64,000 nucleotides of DNA, from the NCBI GenBank assembly GCA_002269645.1, contig NIVC01000554.1:113781-177780 (forward strand), written 5' to 3'. Under the pieces are notes generated by a model, which searched no databases, had not been told where the DNA came from, and was given only the letters and a program-made list of their open reading frames with translations. Made by a program: the position numbers and the translations under genes. This DNA comes from Macrostomum lignano. Its lineage: Eukaryota. Shown piece after piece: positions 11,471 through 22,080 of the stretch. How positions within the stretch are numbered: position 1 is the stretch's first letter; every line of letters begins with the position of its first letter.

Positions 11471-12725
11471 GCCCCTGACATGAAATGGCGTGGCAACCCC
11501 TCAAAATACAGTAAAAAAAACAATTTTACTTACATTCCTGTTGCTATAGTGTCTGAAGAAAGCTTCTCTATTTATTATTATCTATTAAAGTAGATTACTG
11601 TTGACTCAAGCAGTTTCTCTAGCTAAAATATGAATATTTGTAGCTGTTGTTAAATAAGGAATTAAAACTATATAGCTATAGCTACGTATAGGTGCAGTTA
11701 GTATAGCTAGATATAAAAATTCCATAAAGTGTACGCGCATGCTGCAGTGTACACTCCGATAACGCAGTCGAGTTTTTGCCTGTACAGTGGACTGGGGGTG
11801 GGGTGTGGAGTGGGGTGCAGAAAATAGCTGGGGTTAGAAAGCTGTATGTACTCGCCAATGCAGTTCTTGACCCATGAGAGCCCGTCGACCTCCAGCCACC
11901 CATCAGTCAGTTTTCAGTTTCCAATTCTAATCCTGACACCCCAGCTATATATGTACATTGGGGTCAAGATCTGTACTCACACTCTAGAATTCCAGGAGCA
12001 GCTGTGTGAGTCATCGCGTAATCCATCCTAACGTGCATAACGCATTAATTCTCTTCAAAGCTTCTCAATGGATATGGGCTTTTTCTGACGAAATTTACTG
12101 TACTGTACTGTTTTAAACGTCTGGTACACGCACTGTATATTGTGAATGGAGCGCGTAATTGTGAGCGCTGTAGAGCGTGAGGTGGGCTTAACTCAATACT
12201 ACTATATAGTAGTGCTTATGCCCCAGTTAAAACTACTCCAAATACATGTACGTGTTACGTTTTTAGGATTTTAGTCTATCAAAAACTAGGAATATAGAAA
12301 TCAAATTGAAGAAGCTAAGTGGTAGGCTCAATCCGATCAATTTTTGCGATCTACTACAGTAATCCCATACAAATATACTCTGCAACAACCAGTAAAAAGT
12401 CGCCACCTTAGTAAACTTAGGAGCAATTCCGCCCGGTTTTCATTGCTTTTTCAAGCATATTTTATAAAATCAAAATGGTTGACCAGGTGATAGACACGCT
12501 GCCTGGTTGAAAGACACTGCTCACTGGGGCAAAGGCTGGTGACTTTTCAATATGTGGCTGAGTATATATATGTATACCATGCAGCAACAATTACTCCATG
12601 TATAAAATTTATGGGCAGGGACGTCGTCATGGATTTTATATAGTGCATGGGGCCGGGGTGACAAAGCCAAGAATTCTACATGACAAAATTCCTACATTAT
12701 ATTGGGAATTGGAGTTGTTATAGGA

Positions 12726-12790
12726 CTCATTTTAGCGCCGCAGGCACTCATTTTAGCGCCGCAGGCACTCATTTTGGCGCCGCAAGCGCT
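12726..12790. repeat. 21-bp tandem triplication (gcactcattttagcgccgcag)
   Basis: Three copies. Confidence 0.8.
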
Positions 12791-14588
12791 ATATGTCTTA
12801 TTAGTGTCTACACAAGGATTACTTACATATGCATGCAATACTGCGTATAGTATATATTTATGCTACATCAGTCGCTTTTTGAATGCATGCGTAACATACG
12901 GGTCCACTCATAATAATATCAAGGGGACTTTGAGGTCGAAATACCTCAACTTAGCAAATTCGGTGCGAGAATATCGAATACATTAGCAAAGTAGATCCAT
13001 CAACAAGAAAACCGATTCTGCAGCCTTGTAGAGTGCATGTTTTGGTTAACTTAAAACCGCTTAGCCTCAGTTATTGCAAGCTAATTCTGAGCAATTTAGC
13101 AGACGAAGTCTAACTTAATCAGCACCATCTTTGTTTTATTTAACGGGAAGCTCTGCACCGAACTCATACACGTACTCATACATGCATTTTACCTGCACAC
13201 GTCATTTGCCATCTGACTTTTGATAGACGTGATCGAGAGCTGTCAGCCCAAGGAAACCAGTGAAGCACTTTGAAGCATTTGACCTAAGTAAAAATACTGC
13301 ATGAAGTCAGCCCTGCGTCGCATATACATTATCCAAGTCCAATTTTTAATGAAAGTCCTTTTATTTGCACCTGCACATTGTGAAAATTATGGGAAACTAC
13401 CAGATCACCACTCTTTGGTTAGCTGTTGTTATTTAAAGCGAAAGAACGTTATAAAATGTAAAATAAATTCTCTAAACGTTTTTTGAGTCAAACTGTTTGT
13501 TATAACTATTAGTTTAAAATACCAAAAAAGAAAGAAGAAATGGATAAAAAGTTTAAAATTCGGAAATTAAAAGCCACGATTCACGAGGAGACGAAGCGAT
13601 CGAGACCCATCGATCGAGCGGGCCTTGCAACATCTTTCTAGAATCTAGATATTCCGAAAAACTTGAACTTGTAGTATCAATATTGATCTTAGATACACAA
13701 AATTTCCCACAATGACAGCCTGTTTTCTCACCATTGATCTGTGTAACATACATTTATGCTGCAATTGTATTGCATGGCATCATCACTCGCATCACTAAAC
13801 TAAAACACAAAACTAAGTAGGCCTAGGACCTGCGCCGGCCTAATTCAGCAGTTTTTTTGCTTATTTGGGCACATCCTAAGTTTGTAGCAAAAGTTTCAGA
13901 AGAATTAGAAAATCAAGTATTTTATCTGGTGTAGACCTAAGACCAAGATGGCTGCAACATTGAACCTCGGCTCTATTATTATATTTACTCTCACTATACT
14001 AGTAGGGACTAGGCCCTACTATTCATTTACAACTTAATGGTAATTAATATATTAATAATATTATTAATTTAATCAATCATACTCATAGATAGGCCTATTC
14101 ATAAATATTAATACAACAATAAAATATAGATTTAAAACTAATTTACCATAATACAAAAACTTATGGGTTAGGCCCTAGTGGCTAGTGCCCATTTATTTCC
14201 TATCATTACATACATCTATTAAATCTATTATCATTATCAGTTAATCAAGAAATCATTGCTAATGGTAATGCTAGGCCTATGTAAAAACATAATCAATATG
14301 CAACAACAATGGTTGGTGAAGATGGATCTAGAGTTTCATTGGAGGGGCTGTCCAAGTTTAGTAGAGCGCCATTGCAAGTATAAAGGGCAGTAATTTTTAA
14401 TCTAGGAGTAGGAGGCACAAAAAATGCATATAGGCCCTAAGGGGCAAAAATCAGTCTTAGGGATGCAAAAAGGCATTTGGAGGCAAACAATCAAATTTAA
14501 AAGGTGCAATATGTTCTATCAAGCTAGCCTATTCTGGGGGGAGGATGGCTGTCCCCCCTAAATCCACCCCTGTGTAACAAGGTATTTA

Positions 14589-15266
14589 TGTTGTGCTATT
14601 TCCTATATTCTGCCAAGGTGCTGACAAGCAAGTGACTGAACTCTCGCGATGTCAGCAGTTTGTCTACCTTGGCGGTCTGGTTCCAGATGCTTGCGAGGAC
14701 CTGCAACGCTGGTGCGGGCTTGCCTGGGCTGCCTTTTGTTCTATGAAGGCAGTCCTGCAGTCTGAGGCCCAACTGGACTGCCAGAGGGCGGCGCTGTTCC
14801 AGGCAGTAATAGAGACCATCCTGCTATACAACGCCAAGACCTGGACACTGACAGACTCACTCGAACAGCAAGTTGATGCGGCGCACACTGGCCTGCTGTG
14901 CGCCACCTTCAACATCGGCATCAAGCGAGTCACCAACATGGCACTCTATCACCACGCTGGCCTGCCCCTTCCAAGCAAGTGATCTACTGCGCCGTCGGCG
15001 ACTCCAGCTTGCAGGCCATCTCATCCACGCCAAGTCATACTGCCCACAGCCAGTGCAGGAGGTGCTGCTGCTCACGCTGCAGGGGCACCATACCAGCAAG
15101 GTCAAGCACAAACTTGGCATTATGTTGACTGTCTGCTGGCTGATGCCAGTGCCCTGGACACTGCCAATGGCGCGGCCTTTGTTTGCACCCAAGCCATGAA
15201 GCGCGCCCTGTGATGCTGACTTTTGCCATCCTGACAGCGTATTTTGTTGTTGTTGTTGTTGTGCTA
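14589..15266 (+). mobile_element. 5'-truncated RTE-clade non-LTR retrotransposon fragment
   Basis: Encodes FVYLGG...AWAAF...ETILLYNAKTWTL, then LRRRRLQLAGHL after a frameshift; these match RTE post-RT motifs (LLYGxETW, RRRRLRWAGH). It ends in a (TTG)n tail, and tgttgtgcta is present at both ends as a candidate target-site duplication. Confidence 0.85.
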
Positions 15267-16427
15267 GGGCCTAGGCTACTTGCTTTATTTATTGGATAAA
15301 TATCTATAGATAAAGCTACAATAAAAGCTTAAGCCAAAGGGAATGTTTATAATATAATATAATTCTATTATATAATAATATTTAATAATATAGAGATAGG
15401 GGCCTATCTCTAAGACTTTTCAATCTACACCTAATACAAATTACTACCAAAAAAATAAATTAAATATATTGACCTAGACTTATAATTATCTATTTAGACA
15501 TTTATAGTTATGGCCATCTTGGTCATGCACCTTTTATCTAGCTTAATTTTAAAGATTCAAAAAAAATAATTTTTCAAAAATCAAAAAGAATAAGTCATTT
15601 TGTCTGTTTATTGCCTTGCTTTATTATCTGGGATGATCAGCAAGCAAATGTAAATAAAAATAAATTTAATTACATATATTGTAAAGCTTATTTTTCATAA
15701 TGAGATATCTAAATTCTAAGTCATGTAAAAAGTTATTATTTTTATTAGGCCTAATAATGAGATATCATTTATATATATAATTTTAGGCAATTGTTAGGTT
15801 CCATTTGTTAAATTATTTTGAGTCTAGAAAAATACTTTATAAACTATTTTAAGTACACATAATTATTTTTAAGAGACTTGAGCTTAATCAGGCACTAATA
15901 CTATGTTCCAAAACTTGTTATAATGTATTTGACACTGAAAAGCTACAATAGTCTATGGCCAAAATGTTAACAAGTAAACAAGTCTTAATGGAAACAAATA
16001 AAAAGTATTATTGTCTATGGTCAAACTGCCAACAAATAGCAAAGGCTTTACACTTGTCTAATTTTGTTTTGTTTGTTTATCATAATATATCTGCTAAATT
16101 AATTAGCAGATGTTATAAATTTAACAATGAATTCTGATGATATGACAATGATAATCTATTATAATATATACACTTTAATATAATTAATTAAAATTAAAAA
16201 TACATTAAGAAAACAATAAATTGTAAGGGTAACTATCTTCCAAACAATATATTTTAATGAATTACTACATTTTTAACTAGATAACTAATTACTCTATTCT
16301 TTATTATCTAGACCTATTATAAAATAATGTGGCCTAATGATTGAGACATTGTCATTGGTTATTAAAATATAAAAAAATAGGCCATAGGCCCTAGTCTTGA
16401 CTTAAAAAAAAGAACATTTGGGAATAT

Positions 16428-17341
16428 TATTCCTTTTTGTGGCCTAGTTGGTACTGCAAGCTTTAAATTTAATCATAGATACAGAAATCAGGCTTGCAAG
16501 ACTGAAAATTTTCTGTTTATGGTTGACACTCGTTGGTATAGCGGATTTCAATTTAATCCTGGGGGATCAATTTGATCTTTCTAATCATATAATGTTAGAT
16601 ATCCAGTGCTATAACACAAGTCATTTACTTATCATTGAGAAAATCTAAAACAGAACAATACAATAAACAAATAAAAGCTTTAGCATTGGATGTTGTCAAG
16701 TCAAGCTGAAATAAATCTCAGCATCTGCTGGTACCAGCCTCGCATTTTGCAATGGTCACTTCACGGGTTATGTCCTCTGCACTCCTCTGTAGGACAAGGA
16801 TTTGCCACTCTTATAGCAAATGACCATTAGGTAGAGTGTCTAGCTCTTCTTGCAGTTGTGGTTGAGCCAGCTGGCATTTTATGGCTGCCTTCAGGCACTT
16901 CAGACGTTTTCCACAGGATTGAAGAATGGCAAGTATGGAGTCAATGTCACCAGGCACCAAGCAGGCTGAAATTGATCTGGGATTGTCACTCCATGATGAA
17001 AATGGACATTATCCATGATCACACAGACTTTTTGCCATCAAGTACATCACCATAACTCATCACACTTTGCACCAAATCTTAGATGAACATCTGGAACCTG
17101 ACTGCCATTATAGTCTGTCCGAAGATCATATGATGTAAAAACAAGTTTGTTTTGCTAACAGTAAAAATTTGCATTGAATGCATAGAATGATCAAATTGAT
17201 GCCCCCAGGATTAAATTGAACTCTGCTATGCCAATGAGTGTCAACCATAGACAGAAACCTTTCTGTCTTGCAAGCCTGGTTTCTGTATCTATGATTAAAT
17301 TAAAAGCTTGTAGTACCAACTATAGGCCACAAAAAGGAATA
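16428..17341 (-). mobile_element. Non-autonomous Tc1/mariner/IS630-type DNA transposon remnant with ~150-bp inverted repeats
   Basis: 16428-16577 is the reverse complement of 17189-17341, with TA at both outer ends. The internal minus strand (17019-16900) reads IMDNVHFHH...LTPYLPFFNPVENV*, matching the DDE_3 motif MDNAxFH...LPPYSPxLNPIE. Confidence 0.75.
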
Positions 17342-17871
17342 TTTTAGATATTTTTATACTTTGAATATTAATTATTAATTGTCAGTATTAGTAAATATTA
17401 CTCTATTTGGTTATTAAATAAAATATAAGTTCATTATTATATTTTTGCAAAAAGATGCCAAACTGGCAGCAAAAAAATAGACTAACACAAACAACTATCA
17501 ACAAGGCTTATTATTATTATAGTAGGCTATATAAAAAACTTGAGCTTAAAGCCTAACAATTGTAATTTTCTTTTAAGAATATTCTAAGAATTAAAAAATC
17601 GAGAATGTATATTTTAGCTCCTTAGTAGTTTGACAATTTATGCTAAACTAAAGAATGAAGATGATCTTCAACAAAAAATCTTATTCAAATTTTCCTTTTA
17701 TCTAGTTTTAGTGAAAAGTTACTTTTTTATCTTTAAAATTAAAAAGTTGATATCCTTTTCACCATAAGGCAGCAAACTCTGACTCATAAGCCATATGTGG
17801 TTTGCAAAGCCTTTTAATCAGGCCTTTGGGTCCTTTAAAACTTCTTAATAGCAATCCAGCCTAATTAAGGT

Positions 17872-18100
17872 TTGTCTTATCTTTTCTACTCTTTATTTTC
17901 TTCCTTTCTTTTCCCCTTTCTATTCTCTCTTCTCTTTCTTTTCTTTTTTCCTTTTTCCTTTCCTTTTTTGTGTTTTTCTTCTCTTTTTTTATTTCTTTTC
18001 TTTTTTTCTTCTCTTTTAGGCCTATTCTCTTCTTTCTTTTCTTTCTTCTTTATTCCCTCAGTTTTCTATTCTCTTATCTCTCTTTCCTATTTTCTCTTTC
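17872..18100. repeat. Pyrimidine-rich low-complexity tract
   Basis: Almost pure T/C. Confidence 0.85.
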
Positions 18101-19702
18101 CTTTGGCCTGTAATCATATGCTAGGTTTTTTATCTGGCCTTTGAGGAAAAAAAGTTGCTAACCCCTGCTTTATCCCAATAAGAAGCCACTTCCTGATGAT
18201 CTCCTTTGTAAATTATGACTCTTACTCTTTACTTTGCACTAGACCTGTAAGTTAAACATTGCAATTATATAGGCCTAATCATTATACTAATAAAGAGGTT
18301 ATAACAAAAATTATTATTTCTTTTGTTCTATAAACCTGCCAATTGAATTTGAACCATAATATTTAATTTAAAAATCCCTAGTATTAAGCATTCAAAATAA
18401 TTTGCTTAGTAGTGCTAAGGATAAAAACTTTGTAATGTTGCTAAATGACTCTCGAAGACAAGGCCCCAGCATGATAAAATTGCCATTTTCATTGCATTTA
18501 TGTTCATAGTTAGCAACAATTTTTTTTTCATTGAGAATAAGTATTTGATTTGGTTAACAATATAAAACACTTAAAATGTATATAGAAGAATTTTTTTAAA
18601 GCAGGACTGCATTTTCCTAGAAATAACAACCTGACTAGGTCAGTATCAGCTTTTTTATCTTTTGTAGCCCAAAAGATCATGCATACTAGACTTTGGTAAT
18701 ATTGGTTTTTATATCTCAACTATGAATAATGCAATTTGCATAATAAGACTCCAGTTTAGGCTAATAAAAAAGGATTATGTCTACTGGTAAGAGCTATTGT
18801 TTGTTGACTCTAAGTTTTAGGGTAAAATCTTGAACATGTTAAGTAAGAATAAAAAATGCAGATATCTATGGTCAAGTATTAATGACAATTATGAAACAAA
18901 TCTTATCAATAGTGAGAGTAGAATATTTTGTGTTTTTAAGGAATATCAATTACAATTCATATTTTTGAACATTGGATAATACATGTATGTTCACTTTTTG
19001 TAAGAATGAAGTAAACATTACTTTTTGACTTTGTGTTAGCCAAGTGATACCATGGTGAATGGTTGCATGTACAGTGATTGATTATGAAGCTAAACAATAA
19101 AAAGACAATGTGCAATGACTTGACCTAGTTATATAACCAGTTTGTGTATAAGTGCCTTCTAATTCTAAATTGTTTTCTCATGTACTCATAGGTTTTTTAT
19201 GTCATAGTAATGTTAGGCTTATTATAGTAAATTTTATTTTGGTATCTTAAATTTGTACCCCTAATGCCAAATTGCTACAATATTTTACCTAGGTTTGTAT
19301 TATTTAGTTCATAGTTTTATATTTTGCATTACAATCTGATGATTTATTTTAAAAGGATAAACTGTCTATCCTATTATCTTGGTCAATGTGAAGTCTAAAA
19401 AAAATTTTTTGTTGCTGTACACAAATGTGAATTTCTAGTAACTGGTATACAATGAATATGATTAGATTAATCTGTTAATAATAGTCTGCAAACTCCTGCA
19501 ACTTCTGTGGGTCAGAGACTCAGAGCAAATTATGGCTAAGGTAGAGATTCCATAAAGTCTTAATTAGATAAAATATGGCTATATGAATCCTTTGGAAAGT
19601 TTCAGGCTACCATTTAACTATTTATACTGAATATAAATTAGCTCAGTATTAATCAAATTATTTTTTCCAGACAAAGCTGTTACAGACACAAAATCCAGAA
19701 CA

Positions 19703-19870
19703 ATGCCCTTCTCCACAATCTGGCACGCGCATCCAAAAAAGTATGGCCCCGGCAGTCGCTGCTGCCGCGTGTGCTCAAACAGACACGGTATTATTCGCAA
19801 ATACGGCCTGAGCGTCTGTCGTCAGTGCTTCAGACAGTACGCCGAGACTATCGGGTTCAAGAAGGACTGA
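19703..19870 (+). CDS. RPS29: 40S ribosomal protein S29 (uS14), intronless CDS, 55 aa
   Basis: Manual translation: [55 protein letters not shown]. It has the uS14 zinc-finger CxxC...CxxC and HGxIRKYGL. Below the 60-aa ORF cutoff. Acceptor ttttttccag at 19661-19670. Confidence 0.95.
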   Translation: MPFSTIWHAHPKKYGPGSRCCRVCSNRHGIIRKYGLSVCRQCFRQYAETIGFKKD

Positions 19871-19970
19871 GTTCCAGTTTCATTTGGAGAGGAGAGTAAT
19901 GCCGAACTGCGTCTGAAAGTTTAGCTTTTGTCATTTGGGATGGATAAGCTTGGTTTTTTGTTGGCAGTTT

Positions 19971-19976
19971 AATAAA
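19971..19976 (+). terminator. Polyadenylation signal of RPS29
   Basis: AATAAA about 100 nt after the stop. Confidence 0.55.
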
Positions 19977-20219
19977 GTACAAATTTAGACATCTGATTAC
20001 GACGTAGATCGTGTTGGCGACTCTGGATTTAAATAATAATCTGAAATGCTTGTTTTCTTCTTAGTTTTTTTAAAGATGCGTTATTTTTTTAGGGAATCGT
20101 AATAAAATTATTTAGATTGATGCGATGTTTATAGTTTCAGGTGCTTCTGCCAGCTCGATGGACGGGTTTGCATGAGGCAATTCAGTGCCTGAGGATCTTT
20201 GCTAGGTTGAATTTCTACA

Positions 20220-20990
20220 GGGGTTCAGTGTCTGTAGATGTCTGCCAGCTGGGGTTGCTAGGGTGGTTCAGTGTCTGTAGATGTTTGCCAGCTGGGGTTT
20301 CCAGGGTGGTTCAGTGTCTGTAGATGTTTGCCAGCTGGGGTTGCTAGGGTGGTTCAGTGTCTGTAGATGTTTAACAGCTGGGGTTGCTAGGGCTTCAGTG
20401 TCTGTAGATGTTTACCAGCTGGGGTTGCTAGGGTGGTTCAGTGTCTGTAGATGTTCACCAGCTGGGGTTGCTAGGACTTCAGTGTCTGTAGATGTTTACC
20501 AGCTGGGGTTGCTAGGGCTTCAGTGTCTGTAGATGTTTACCAGCTGGGGTTGCTAGGGGCTTAGTGTCTGTAGATGTTTGCCAGCTGAAGTTGCGAGGAG
20601 TTTCAGTGTCTGTAGATGTTTGCCAGCTGAAGTTGCTAGGGGCTTAGTGTCTGTAGATGTTTGCCAGCTGAAGTTGCTAGGAGTTTCAGTGTCTGTAGAT
20701 GTTTACCAGCTGGGGTTGCTAGGAGTTTCAGTGTCTGTAGATGTTTACCAGCTGGGGTTGCTAGGGGCTTAGTGTCTGTAGATGTTTGCCAGCTGGGGTT
20801 GCTAGGGTACTTTAGTGTCTGTAGATGTTTAACAGCTGGGGTTGCTAGGGTGGTTCAGTGTCTGTAGATGTTTAACAGCTGGGGTTGCTAGGGTACTTCA
20901 GTGTCTGTAGATGTTTGCCAGCTGGGGTAGCTAGGGGTTTAGTGTCTAGATGTTTGCCAGCTGGGGTTGCTAGGGGTGGTTCAGTGTCTC
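20220..20990. repeat. 41-43-bp minisatellite (cagtgtctgtagatgtttgccagctggggttgctagggtggtt)n
   Basis: Tandem units visible directly. Confidence 0.95.
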
Positions 20991-22080
20991 AGTGCATGCT
21001 TTCTACTTTGCTAGGTTCTTTCTTGTTGACTGTCTCAGTTTATCTGGCTGTGGTCTCAGTATCATCTCTCAATAACAGCTCTTTTCACGCATCGCCCGTT
21101 CTAGGCGCTAATAACTAAATAAGTTAAAATATCCTTTAGCTTGCAACATAGCCTATAGCATAGATCCCAAAAAAACTAGATGTGTCACTCTATAAAAAGT
21201 AGTCACTTTTTTGCTCGATCCCAAACATAGAATGTCGGTTTCGCTTCAGGCATGTACACTTCAATGTGCTTTGGGGGGTGGCCCCAAAGATCATATATAC
21301 GATCTATAGAACATAAGATCCATGGTTGGCCCTCTAGGATGTCAATTGCAAGAGCAGACCCAAGGAGCATTAATTGTCGGTGAATCTTAGACTTTTTAGG
21401 ATTTAGATTTTAGTCATTCTTTAGATTTCACGGATTTATTTGCAAAACAGTAGCTTCTATCGAACAGTTGTGTTAAAAATGATAAATAATTGAATTCCCT
21501 GACTTATTGACAAAAACAAACACATCTACAGACAATTGTTTAAGTTCAATGAACGTTTAAGTTCAAAGAACATGCTAGGAATGCTATAATGCATCATTCA
21601 TAAAAAATAAACATTTAAGAATGTTGAAAACAGTGAACTCAGAAAGGAAAAACTTCAAAATGTTTAGTCAGGTAACCCAAACAACAATTCGAGTTCAGCA
21701 GACACTTCAGCGACGTCAGTTAGAAAATGACCACTTTCTGCATTGCAACTAATGGCGGCGAAGAAAGGAATAATTAATAATTTGCCAAATAAGTAGAAAG
21801 TTGAGAGTTTTCGAATGTCCATGGAATCCGTCTGCGAAATGTAAAATACCAACCTCTAACTCATATCGACGCTTGAATTACGTCGGCGAAAGTCTGAATT
21901 TTGTACTGGTAATCAATGTGTGCATCTAATTCATGATTCACATTTTACGCAATAATGAGTTTAACTTACAATTCAGCCAAAATACGAGCTTTGTTCTGAC
22001 AATGACCAACAGTCCTTAGCCATGCAGTCACATTACAATTTTGTCCGTTTTTCACATTGCCTAAAAGCAACGCCCTTCAG

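Noticed and set aside
17872-18144. Phe/Leu/Ser-rich membrane-protein-like ORF
   Set aside because: Translation of a T/C low-complexity tract.
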